Part shown: positions 34,932 through 43,070 of the stretch, piece by piece
Position numbering within the stretch: the first letter of the stretch is position 1
Layout of the letters: each line of letters opens with the position of its first letter
DNA from: Eubacteriales bacterium
Lineage (GTDB): Bacteria; Bacillota; Clostridia; Christensenellales; Aristaeellaceae
Direction of reading: 5' to 3'
DNA: 64,000 nt
Assembly: GCA_031549325.1 (NCBI GenBank)
Contig: JAVBQA010000018.1
Span: 18,621 to 82,620 of the forward strand
The notes under the pieces: model-generated
What the model was told of the DNA's origin: nothing
Databases searched by the model: none
What the model saw: the letters and a program-made list of their open reading frames with translations, nothing else
Program-made: the position numbers and the translations under genes

Positions 34932-36827
34932 GTGAAAAAGTCCTTGATTTGCCTGGTTTGCCTGTTGCTTGCGCTGTGCGCGCCCGCGTTTTCCGCCATG
35001 GCCGGCGCGGAGCCCGAGGCCTCCGTGATGGCGCTGTCGGACGGCGGCGTCAGCGTGTACATCGGCGAAAACAACGCGGTCTGCGAGGCGGGCGCGAGCC
35101 AGCCGCTATTTGACGGGCCTGCGGCCTCCATCCAGTACGCCGATCAGAGCGTGATCGTGTTTACGACGGTGGACGAGTCGGGCGTCGGCCTGTACGCCGC
35201 GCCCCGCAACCTGTACAGCCTGGCGCTGCGCGGCGACGCCGGCCCGCGCCTGATCGCGGCCGCCGGCAACGAGTGCGTGTATGTGCCGCGCGACGGGCTG
35301 GTGTACTTCATCGACCAGCAGGAAGACAGCGAGCTTCGGGGCTACAATCCGCTCACCGGCAGCTGCGCCAAGGTGTGTTCCCTGGCCAGTGAGGTGCAGG
35401 CGCTGCGCGCCTCCATCGACGGCCTGCTGCTGTCCACCGCCGGCGGCGACCTGCTGCTGGTGCCCGCCACGGGCGAGCTGATCAATGCGCCGGTTCAGAC
35501 CCAGGGCGTGACCGTCCAGGTGTTTGACCGCTTTGAAACGCTGCTCGCCGCCGACGGCACGCTGTCGCTGCGCGGCGTCGCGCAGGGCATGGCCGACGCG
35601 CAGCAGATCGGCACGGACGTGCGCTGCGTCACCGCGCTGAATGGCATCGTGTACTTCCTCCGGGGCGAGGCGGACGGCGCGCAGCTGTACGAATATGATT
35701 ACTCGACCAAGGCCACCACCGCCATCGGCCAGTTCAAATCCGCGATGTTCCCGATGATGGCCGCCGCCGATGGCCGGGTGTTTATGATGGCGCAGGACGG
35801 CCGCGTGTTCTCGCTGAGCGCGGACAGCAGCAGCGTGTCGGTGTTCGCGCATTTCCCCACCACCGACAAGGACCCGCTGATGGCCGTGAGCGGCGACGAT
35901 CTGCTGGTGTACGACGCCTCCGCGCCGGACGGCGTCCCCCGGTTCGTGGCGGCCTACCCGCTGAACGGGGAAGCGCTGCCCACCATCGAGCCGGCGGACC
36001 CCGCCGCGACAGCCGAGCCGGCGGATCCCGCCGCTAAACCCCAGGGGGACGGCCCCCGGACGCTGTCCCGCGGCCTGCGCGGCGGCGACGTGAGGGAGCT
36101 GCAGCAGATCCTGCGCGCGCAGGGCTACCCGGCGGGCACGCCGGACGGCATCTACGGCGCGGGCACCGCGAGCGCCGTGCGCTACCTGCAATACGACATG
36201 GGCGTGAAGGAGACCGGCAGCGTCACGCCAGAGTTCATGGAGGCGCTGCGCGAAAAGAAGCTGCCCAGCTACGCGCGCTACGTCGAGATGCGCAAGGGCG
36301 ACCGGGGTTGCCGTGTGTATGACATGCAGCAGCGCCTGCACGCGCTGGGCTGGCTGGGACGCAAGGCGGACGGCGACTATGGCAGCAACACCGCCGAGGC
36401 CGTGAGGGCAGCCGAGAAGGCGCTGGGCGAGAAGGGCTCCGGCGTGGCCACCGTGAAATTCCTGGAGCACCTGTTCAAAAAGGACATGCTCAAAAACCCG
36501 GCGACCGACGACGCCGAGCCCACCGGAGCGTCCATCAGGCACGACCCGGAGATCTCCGAGGACGACCTGATCGGGCTGTGCCGATTCCTGAACGACCGCT
36601 TCCCGGGAGGCAACTACGACGTGAAGCGCGCGGTCTATAAGCTGCAGAGCAGGCTTGTCGACATGGGCTACCTGAAGAAGTCCCAGCGCTCCAGGATCTA
36701 TGACGCCGACACCTTCCTGGCGGTGAAGCGCGTGCAGAACGAGAACGACCTGCTGGCGCACCCCACCGGAAAGCCCGACAACAAAACGCTCGAGTTCATC
36801 TTCCCGGAAAACCAGCGCGCCTGGTAA
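34932..36827 (+). CDS. secreted protein with a beta-propeller-like N-domain and three peptidoglycan-binding (PG_binding_1-like) repeats
   Basis: ORF 34899..36827; GTG 34932 lies 7 nt after AAAGGAGA. Signal peptide VKKSLICLVCLLLALCAPAFSA. Repeats VRELQQILRAQGY, VYDMQQRLHALGW, VYKLQSRLVDMGY. Confidence 0.8.
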   Translation: MKKSLICLVCLLLALCAPAFSAMAGAEPEASVMALSDGGVSVYIGENNAVCEAGASQPLFDGPAASIQYADQSVIVFTTVDESGVGLYAAPRNLYSLALRGDAGPRLIAAAGNECVYVPRDGLVYFIDQQEDSELRGYNPLTGSCAKVCSLASEVQALRASIDGLLLSTAGGDLLLVPATGELINAPVQTQGVTVQVFDRFETLLAADGTLSLRGVAQGMADAQQIGTDVRCVTALNGIVYFLRGEADGAQLYEYDYSTKATTAIGQFKSAMFPMMAAADGRVFMMAQDGRVFSLSADSSSVSVFAHFPTTDKDPLMAVSGDDLLVYDASAPDGVPRFVAAYPLNGEALPTIEPADPAATAEPADPAAKPQGDGPRTLSRGLRGGDVRELQQILRAQGYPAGTPDGIYGAGTASAVRYLQYDMGVKETGSVTPEFMEALREKKLPSYARYVEMRKGDRGCRVYDMQQRLHALGWLGRKADGDYGSNTAEAVRAAEKALGEKGSGVATVKFLEHLFKKDMLKNPATDDAEPTGASIRHDPEISEDDLIGLCRFLNDRFPGGNYDVKRAVYKLQSRLVDMGYLKKSQRSRIYDADTFLAVKRVQNENDLLAHPTGKPDNKTLEFIFPENQRAW

Positions 36828-36840
36828 CCCCCGTTTCGAG

Positions 36841-36863
36841 GCGGGCGGACATCGTCCGCCCGC
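36841..36863. terminator. bidirectional terminator hairpin
   Basis: GCGGGCGGAC-atc-GTCCGCCCGC followed by TTTGCTTT. It lies between convergent genes. Confidence 0.65.
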
Positions 36864-36875
36864 TTTGCTTTGCCG

Positions 36876-37742
36876 TCAGGCGGAAGCGGGCGGTTTGAAT
36901 GAACTGAAATCCTTCTTCGCGCAGCCCGCCCGGCCGCCGCCCGCGCAAGCGCAGGCACAGGCGCACCCGGCGCAGGCGCATGCGCAGCCGCCGCCCCCGC
37001 CGCCGCCCCCGCCGCCCGAAAAACCTCGGCCGCCGCGGTAGCCCCCACTCAGCAGGCCGATGATGGCCAGCGGAATAAGCAGGAATCTGCCCAGGATCAC
37101 GAGGCCATCCGGCTCGGGGTAAGAAGACGCCGGTTCGGCGGCCGCCCGGATCTCCTCGGGCACCGGCGCGATGAGGATGTTGTCTCCATAGTGCGTGGTG
37201 ACCGTCTGGAACCGCTCGCCGCGCCGAAGCGGCCCGCGCCACTGCAGCGCTTCGGGGCCGTCCGCGTTGGAGCCGGTGACCAGGTCTCCCAGCCAATTCA
37301 CCTCCAGATCCAGCACGTCGATCTCGTCAAACCAACCGGGCACGAAATCCACTTTGTAGCCGTCATCCGCCAGTTCAAACAGGTTGTATTGCCTGATCGT
37401 GAAGCCGAACGTGGCGGTTTCGCCCGCGTGGAACTCGCGGTTCAGGTTGATCCATACCTTGGCCTGGTCGGAGACGTTGTAGCTCGAATACGATTCGGCA
37501 TCGCCGCTGACATTCAGGATCTCGTAGTACGGATTGGGCACGCCGATCTGCACCCAGCTCAGCGGGCCGTCCTCCTCGTCGTCCAGCACCTTCCAGGCCA
37601 GGCGGTAGCTGAGCTCCACAGTGCCGTCAGAAAACGGCGTCGCGTCGATGGTCAGCTGCTGGATCTCGTCCAGCGGCGCGGCGAAGGCCGGGGCCGCCAG
37701 GCACAGCAGCAGCGCCGCCAGGCACAGCAGTTTTTTCAGCAT
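36876..37742 (-). CDS. signal-peptide/TM-anchored protein (DUF2207-like N-domain, tentative) with a Gly10-(Cys-Ala)n C-terminal tail
   Basis: ORF 36876..37952; ATG 37742 follows GAGGAGG. Signal peptide MLKKLLCLAALLLCLAAPAFA, ~215-aa ectodomain, TM LVILGRFLLIPLAIIGLL. Tail YRGGRGFSGGGGGGGGGGCACACAGCACACACAGGGRAGCAKKDFSSFKPPASA. The start overlaps the stop of the radical SAM gene (ATGCTGA). Confidence 0.8.
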   Translation of the reverse strand: MLKKLLCLAALLLCLAAPAFAAPLDEIQQLTIDATPFSDGTVELSYRLAWKVLDDEEDGPLSWVQIGVPNPYYEILNVSGDAESYSSYNVSDQAKVWINLNREFHAGETATFGFTIRQYNLFELADDGYKVDFVPGWFDEIDVLDLEVNWLGDLVTGSNADGPEALQWRGPLRRGERFQTVTTHYGDNILIAPVPEEIRAAAEPASSYPEPDGLVILGRFLLIPLAIIGLLSGGYRGGRGFSGGGGGGGGGGCACACAGCACACACAGGGRAGCAKKDFSSFKPPASA

Positions 37743-39103
37743 GACGCGGCCTCCTCTCGGGCTTTCAGCGGGCAGTTCAGTGAGTCCGGCTCGCCCATGG
37801 CGCGGATGGCGGCGGCCTTGGGGTGGTTCCAGATGGCGCTCCATGGGTCGGACAGCATGTTTCCCAGCGCCGCGTCCTCGGAGAGCCAGCTCTGGCAGGG
37901 CGTCACCGTGCCGTCCGGCGCGACGGCCATGTTGCTCAGGCACGCGCCGCAAGCCGGCGTTTGCAGCCCCAGCTCGGCCAGGCGCTCCGTGGGCAGCCAG
38001 CCGGGGGAGGTGAAGGCGAGCTCCATGCCGCTTTGATCGGCGTAGGCCTTGGCTGCTTTCAGCGATTCAAACAGCGCGTCCGCAGGCAGGCGCGTGGCGG
38101 CCGATGATTCGGCCAGCGCGTTGCCTGTCAGGATCAGCCCGGAGCAGGACGCGTAGCGCACGCCCAGCCCGTGCAGAAATTCCAGCGTCGATCGGTAGTC
38201 GCTGTTCAGGCTGCACAGCGGCGTGTTCACGCTCACGTCCAGCCCGGCGGCGAGCGCGTTGTTGATGCCCTGCACGCTCTTCTCATGGCCGGGCGCGCCC
38301 ACCAGCCGGTCGTGGATGCCGGCTTCCCCGGCGTAAAGCGTCACCTGCACGCTGTCCAGGCTGGCCTCCCGAAGCGCCTGGCACAGCCCGGCGTCCAGTC
38401 GCGCGCCGTTGGTGTTCAGCCGCGTCACAAACCAGCGCGCATGCCCGATCAGCTCTGCCAGATCCGGGCGCATGGTGGGCTCGCCGCCGGTGAAAGTCAG
38501 CTGCGGAATGCCCGCCGCACGGCAATTGTCGATGGCTTGCTTCCACTGCTCGGTCGTCAGCTCCGCCGTTTCGGCCTGGGCTTGCCCGGCGGCGTAGCAG
38601 TGCAGGCAGCGCTGGTTGCAGTTCCAGCGGCCGTCCTTTTGCATGGCGCTGACGAGCAGGTCCATGCGGTGGGGCGCGGTCATGTGCCGGGCATAGGCGC
38701 GCAGGCTTAGCTGGCCGATCTCCAGGGAGGGGGGCGCGCCCCGGGCGATGTCGGTGAACACGGTCAGCATCGAGCCCAGGTCTTGCCGCAGCAGCGAGCG
38801 ACTGGTCAGCGGGAAGGCCTTCGCGCAGCGGGCGGCGGCGCGCCCGATGATGGCGTCGTAATCGGCGGGCGCCACCGGGTTTCCCCGGTATTCGTTGATC
38901 TCGTCCAGAAAGCAGCCGAGCAGGCACGCCCAGGCGAACCGCACCGGCAGCACCCACTGGCCGTTCAGCAACACCACGCTGGGCGCCTTGGAGAACGGGC
39001 GCCATTTGGGTGGCACCAGAAAGATGCGCGCCGCGCCCGGACCCTCCGGGTTCAGCGTGGCGTGGCGCACGCCCGCTGCGAAATCGCTCCGGCGGTTGAA
39101 CAT
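37736..39103 (-). CDS. radical SAM protein with a C-terminal SPASM/Twitch-like auxiliary cluster domain
   Basis: ORF 37736..39364; ATG 39103 follows AAGGGGGTG. CNQRCLHCY (CX3CX2C) sits at about residue 156 after a ~150-aa N-terminal extension. GGEPTM SAM-binding motif. C-terminal CGACLSNMAVAPDGTVTPC fits CX9-15GX4C of SPASM/Twitch, but the CX2CX5CX3C block is absent. Confidence 0.85.
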   Translation of the reverse strand: MFNRRSDFAAGVRHATLNPEGPGAARIFLVPPKWRPFSKAPSVVLLNGQWVLPVRFAWACLLGCFLDEINEYRGNPVAPADYDAIIGRAAARCAKAFPLTSRSLLRQDLGSMLTVFTDIARGAPPSLEIGQLSLRAYARHMTAPHRMDLLVSAMQKDGRWNCNQRCLHCYAAGQAQAETAELTTEQWKQAIDNCRAAGIPQLTFTGGEPTMRPDLAELIGHARWFVTRLNTNGARLDAGLCQALREASLDSVQVTLYAGEAGIHDRLVGAPGHEKSVQGINNALAAGLDVSVNTPLCSLNSDYRSTLEFLHGLGVRYASCSGLILTGNALAESSAATRLPADALFESLKAAKAYADQSGMELAFTSPGWLPTERLAELGLQTPACGACLSNMAVAPDGTVTPCQSWLSEDAALGNMLSDPWSAIWNHPKAAAIRAMGEPDSLNCPLKAREEAASC

Positions 39104-39129
39104 ATAATTCGCACCCCCTTGATGGGGAT

Positions 39130-39159
39130 AGTATACAATGCATGGCGTCACCGATGCAA
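39130..39159 (-). promoter_or_regulatory. candidate sigma-A promoter of the radical SAM two-gene operon
   Basis: Minus strand reads TTGCAT (39159-39154), 18-nt spacer, TATACT (39135-39130). It lies immediately after the hcp terminator. Confidence 0.45.
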
Positions 39160-39163
39160 GCGA

Positions 39164-39190
39164 CAAAAAAGCCACCCTTTCGGGTGGCTC
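39164..39190 (-). terminator. intrinsic terminator of hcp
   Basis: Minus strand reads GAGCCACCC-gaaa-GGGTGGCTC followed by TTTTTTG. Confidence 0.85.
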
Positions 39191-39201
39191 CAGGCTGTTG
39201 C

Positions 39202-40767
39202 TTAGCCCATGATGGCGGCCAGATCCTGTTCCGGCGTCGAGATCGGGTGCAGCTTGAAGGTGTCCACCAGCAGCTGCAGCACATTGGGCGACAGGAACGC
39301 CGGGAGGCTCGGCCCGATGTAAATGTTCTGGATGCCCAGGGACAGCAGCGTCAGCAGGATGCACACGGCCTTCTGCTCATACCAGCTGAGCACCAGCGTC
39401 AGCGGCAGGTCGTTCACGGAGCACTCGAACGCGCCCGCCAGCGCCAGCGCCACCTGCACCGCGCCATAGGCGTCGTTGCACTGGCCCATGTCCAGGATCC
39501 TGGGGAACGGCCCGATGTTGCCCACGTCCAGGTCGTTGAAGCGGAATTTGCCGCAGGCCAGCGTCAGGATCACGGTGTCCTTGGGGGACTGCTTCACGAT
39601 CTCGGTGTAATAGTTGCGGCCGGGCTTCGCGCCGTCGCAGCCGCCCACCAGCAGGAAGCGCCGGATCGCGCCCGCTTTCACGGCGTCGATGATCGTGCCC
39701 GCGTTGGCGAGAACGGCCTCGCGCCCAAACCCGGTCATGACGCTGTCCCCGCCGTTGATGCCCGTCATGCGCTGGGTTTCGCCATAGCCACCCAGCGCCT
39801 TGGCCTTCTGGATCAGCGCCGAGAAATCCTTGTGGCCGTTGGCGTCGGCTTTGATGTGCGCCATCCCCGGATAGCCCACCACCGACGTGGTGTAGATGCG
39901 GTCCGCATAGCTGGGCTTCACCGGCATCAGGCAGTTGGTGGTAAACAGCACCGGCGCGGGCAGGTTTTCGAACTCCTTCTGCTGGTTCTGCCAGGCCGTG
40001 CCGAAGTTGCCCTTGAGCTGCGGGTGCTTCTTCAGGTTCGGATAGGCATGGGCGGGCAGCATCTCGCCGTGGGTGTATACGTTTACGCCCGTTCCGTCGG
40101 TCTGCTCAAGCAGCATCTCCAGATCCAGCAGGTCGTGGCCGGTGATCACGATGAACGGGCCAGGCTCGACGGACAGCGGCACGGAGGTCGGCGCGGGCGA
40201 GCCGAAGCGGCCCACGTTGGCCCCGTCCAGCAGCGCCATGCACGCAAGGTTCACCTGTCCGAACTCCATCAGCAGGGAAACCCACTCATTGACCGGGTGC
40301 GCGGTGCTGAGCGCCGCCATGCCCTTGATGAACCAGTGATCCACCTGCTCGTCGCGCTTGCCCAGCATGCGGGCGTGGTGGGCGTAGGCGGCCATGCCGC
40401 GCAGCCCGAACAGCAGCGTGGAGCGCAGCGACACCTGATCCACGTCGCCGTGGAACAAATCCTCGGGATCAATGGCTTCCTCGCCGCCCAGCGCCTGGCG
40501 CTTTTTCTGCACCTGGGCCGTCAGCGCGTCGATCTGCGCCTGGTCAAAGCTCACGTTGGTCACGGCGGTGAACAGCCCGTCCTCCAGCAGGTCGATCGCC
40601 GGGGCGCAGGTCTCGCCCTTCTTCTGCATGGCCACGGCCAAGCCGATCAGCTCGCACGTCAGCGCGTCCTGGGCGCCCGCCACCACTTCGTTCTTGCCAC
40701 AAACCCCGGCCACCGTGCAGCCGGCGCCCTTGGCGGTTTGCTCACACTGAAAACAAAACATTGACAT
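39202..40767 (-). CDS. hcp: hybrid cluster protein / hydroxylamine reductase
   Basis: ORF 39202..40830; ATG 40767 follows GGGGAGGA. N-terminal MFCFQCEQTAKGAGCT cluster motif. Length about 520 aa, typical of class I Hcp. Confidence 0.93.
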   Translation of the reverse strand: MSMFCFQCEQTAKGAGCTVAGVCGKNEVVAGAQDALTCELIGLAVAMQKKGETCAPAIDLLEDGLFTAVTNVSFDQAQIDALTAQVQKKRQALGGEEAIDPEDLFHGDVDQVSLRSTLLFGLRGMAAYAHHARMLGKRDEQVDHWFIKGMAALSTAHPVNEWVSLLMEFGQVNLACMALLDGANVGRFGSPAPTSVPLSVEPGPFIVITGHDLLDLEMLLEQTDGTGVNVYTHGEMLPAHAYPNLKKHPQLKGNFGTAWQNQQKEFENLPAPVLFTTNCLMPVKPSYADRIYTTSVVGYPGMAHIKADANGHKDFSALIQKAKALGGYGETQRMTGINGGDSVMTGFGREAVLANAGTIIDAVKAGAIRRFLLVGGCDGAKPGRNYYTEIVKQSPKDTVILTLACGKFRFNDLDVGNIGPFPRILDMGQCNDAYGAVQVALALAGAFECSVNDLPLTLVLSWYEQKAVCILLTLLSLGIQNIYIGPSLPAFLSPNVLQLLVDTFKLHPISTPEQDLAAIMG

Positions 40768-40807
40768 TTTTTTAATCCTCCCCTTGATTGCTAATGATAG
40801 GATGCGC

Positions 40808-41524
40808 TCAATGGTCCTCCAGAATTCCACCGTCCGTGCCGATTGTGGTCACGCTCCAGGGAATCATCTGGCCGCAGTTCTGCAGCGCCTGCATCGCCGC
40901 GCGCTGAAGCCCGCCGCAGCAGGGCACTTCCATGCGCACGATGGTTACGCTTTTGATCCGGTTGTGCGTCAGGATCTCGGTCAGCTTCTCGCTGTAGTCC
41001 ACGTCGTCCAGCTTGGGGCATCCGATGATGGTGACCTTGTTTTTCATGAACCCCTGATGGAAGTTGGCGTGGGCGTAGGCGGCGCAATCGGCGGCGATCA
41101 GCAGGTGCGCGCCGTCGAAATAGGGCGCGTTCACCGGCACCAGCTGGATCTGCACCGGCCACTGGTTCAGCTGGGACGTGGGCACGGCGCTGGGCGCGGC
41201 GGACACCACCGGCGCGGCCGCCCGCTCGATTTTGCGCGCGTGGCTGCCTGGGCAGCCGCAGGGCAGGGGTTCCGCCTTGGGTTGCGCCTTTTGCATGTTG
41301 GCCTGCACGGCCTCGTGGTCATAGGGCAGCGCCTCGCGCTCCACAAAAGAAATCGCGTCCACGGGGCAGGCGGGCAGGCAGTTGCCCAAGCCGTCGCAAT
41401 AGTCGTCGCGCACCAGCGTTGCCTTGCCGTCGATCAGCTGCAGCGCGCCCTCCTGGCACGCCGACACGCACAGCCCGCAGCCGTTGCACTTGTCTCGGTC
41501 GATCTGAATGATCTGGCGTTTCAT
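40808..41524 (-). CDS. 4Fe-4S dicluster ferredoxin-domain protein (Hcp partner)
   Basis: The last 238 codons of the artefactual 779-aa ORF 40808..43147. ATG 41524 follows AAGGAGGG. CNGCGLCVSACQ and CDGLGNCLPACP motifs. Cotranscribed with hcp. Confidence 0.85.
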   Translation of the reverse strand: MKRQIIQIDRDKCNGCGLCVSACQEGALQLIDGKATLVRDDYCDGLGNCLPACPVDAISFVEREALPYDHEAVQANMQKAQPKAEPLPCGCPGSHARKIERAAAPVVSAAPSAVPTSQLNQWPVQIQLVPVNAPYFDGAHLLIAADCAAYAHANFHQGFMKNKVTIIGCPKLDDVDYSEKLTEILTHNRIKSVTIVRMEVPCCGGLQRAAMQALQNCGQMIPWSVTTIGTDGGILEDH

Positions 41525-41580
41525 GTGAATCCCTCCTTGACTTCGCACCTTTATCATACTATACTTGAGCCAAACAATCG

Positions 41581-41594
41581 GTTGCATCTGCAAC
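41581..41594. promoter_or_regulatory. 14-bp palindrome in the divergent ferredoxin-hcp / Crp-Fnr intergenic region; candidate HcpR-type operator
   Basis: GTTGCA-tc-TGCAAC has perfect 6-bp arms. Its centre lies about 29 nt upstream of a TATGAT -10-like hexamer on the minus strand, a class II-like position. Confidence 0.35.
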
Positions 41595-41608
41595 AAAAGG
41601 AGATTTTT

Positions 41609-42277
41609 GTGCACAATTTTTTGGATCTGATTGGCAGCTGCCCGCTGTTTGCGGGGGTCGGGCCGGAGGAGATCCGCCAGATGCTCCAATGCCTGGGCGC
41701 GCGGGGGGAGGACGTTCCCAAGGACGGTTTCGCGATGATGGCGGGGGACACCCCCGACCACGTGGGCGTCGTGCTGGCGGGAGAGCTGCGCGTGCTGCGC
41801 GAGGACGCGATGGGCGGCAGGGCGCTGCTGGCCACGCTGGGGCCGGGCGACCTGTTCGCCGAGGCGCTGGCCTGCGCGCACATCGCGAAAAGTCCGGTCA
41901 GCGTGGTGGCCACGCAGCCGTCCCGCGTGCTCAGGCTGGCGTTCGGGCGCATCCTCAGCACATGCCCAAGCGCGTGCGCGTTTCACGCGAAGCTGGTGGA
42001 GAACATGCTCGGCATCGTGGCCAGAAAGAGCATGGCGCTGCAGTCGCGCATGGAGATTCTGGAGCAAAAGAGCATCCGCGGGCGCATCCTGCGCTACCTG
42101 CTGACCCAGGGCGCGCCGGGCGAGTGGCTGCGCGTGCCGCTGGACCGGAACGCACTGGCCGACTACCTGGCGGTGGACCGGAGCGCGCTGTCCCGCGAGC
42201 TGTCGCGCATGGCGGCCGAGGGCGTGCTGGCCTATAAAAAGAGCGAGTTCCGCCTGCTGGTGGATCAGGCGATTTGA
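41609..42277 (+). CDS. Crp/Fnr family transcriptional regulator (HcpR-like by context)
   Basis: ORF 40784..42277; GTG 41609 follows AAGGAGA. cNMP-binding-like N-domain (CPLFAGVGPEEI) and a C-terminal HTH (RNALADYLAVDRSALSRELSRM). Confidence 0.85.
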   Translation: MHNFLDLIGSCPLFAGVGPEEIRQMLQCLGARGEDVPKDGFAMMAGDTPDHVGVVLAGELRVLREDAMGGRALLATLGPGDLFAEALACAHIAKSPVSVVATQPSRVLRLAFGRILSTCPSACAFHAKLVENMLGIVARKSMALQSRMEILEQKSIRGRILRYLLTQGAPGEWLRVPLDRNALADYLAVDRSALSRELSRMAAEGVLAYKKSEFRLLVDQAI

Positions 42278-42361
42278 CTGAACTAAAATGGTTGTCATTG
42301 AATACTGTGGAACAGAACTTGTTTGGATAAATAGGTTCAACGCAACGCAGGAGGAATACCA

Positions 42362-42952
42362 ATGAGCAATCGACTTGTGGGCACACAGACCGCCATCAAT
42401 CTGGGCAAGACGTTCGCGGGCGAATCGCAGGCGCGCAACCGCTATCAGTTGTTTGCCGAGGCCGCCAGGGAGGCGGGGTTCGCCAGTCTGGAGGACATCT
42501 TTCTGCAGACCGCCAATGACGAGCTCGGACACGCCGAAACCGTGTACGGGCTGCTGACCGACGGCCTGCCCGAGACGACGCTGGAACCCAGCGTGCTGGT
42601 GCCGGCGTTCAGGGGCACCGCGCCCGAGAACCTGCTGTTCGCGGCCAAGGGCGAAAACCTGGAGTGGAGCGTGCTCTACCCGCAGTTCGCGCAGGTCGCC
42701 CAGCAGGAAGGCTTTCCGGACATCGCCCAGATCTGGCAGGGCATCGCAAGCGTGGAAAAGCGCCACGACACGCGCTTCCGCGACCTGCACGCGCGCGCGC
42801 TGACCGACGCGCTGTACACGAGCTGTCTGCCGGTCACCTGGCAGTGCCTGAACTGCGGCTATCGCCACACCGGCGCCGAGGCGCCTCAGATCTGCCCGTC
42901 CTGTCTGCATCCGCAGCACTTCTATTATATCGTGCATCCCTGCATCCCGTAG
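42362..42952 (+). CDS. rbr: rubrerythrin
   Basis: 196 aa. Ferritin-like FAGESQARNRY and a second E..H helix. C-terminal rubredoxin-like WQCLNCGY...CPSC. Confidence 0.9.
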   Translation: MSNRLVGTQTAINLGKTFAGESQARNRYQLFAEAAREAGFASLEDIFLQTANDELGHAETVYGLLTDGLPETTLEPSVLVPAFRGTAPENLLFAAKGENLEWSVLYPQFAQVAQQEGFPDIAQIWQGIASVEKRHDTRFRDLHARALTDALYTSCLPVTWQCLNCGYRHTGAEAPQICPSCLHPQHFYYIVHPCIP

Positions 42953-43070
42953 CATTGGTTCCCAGTCACCCGCTGCGCCCAATCGCCATGGTTCCCGGCG
43001 ATGGGCGCTTGCTAATTTTGGCCGTTGTTGTATAATAGAAGCACAAGAACCGGGAAGGGGTGTTTGATGT

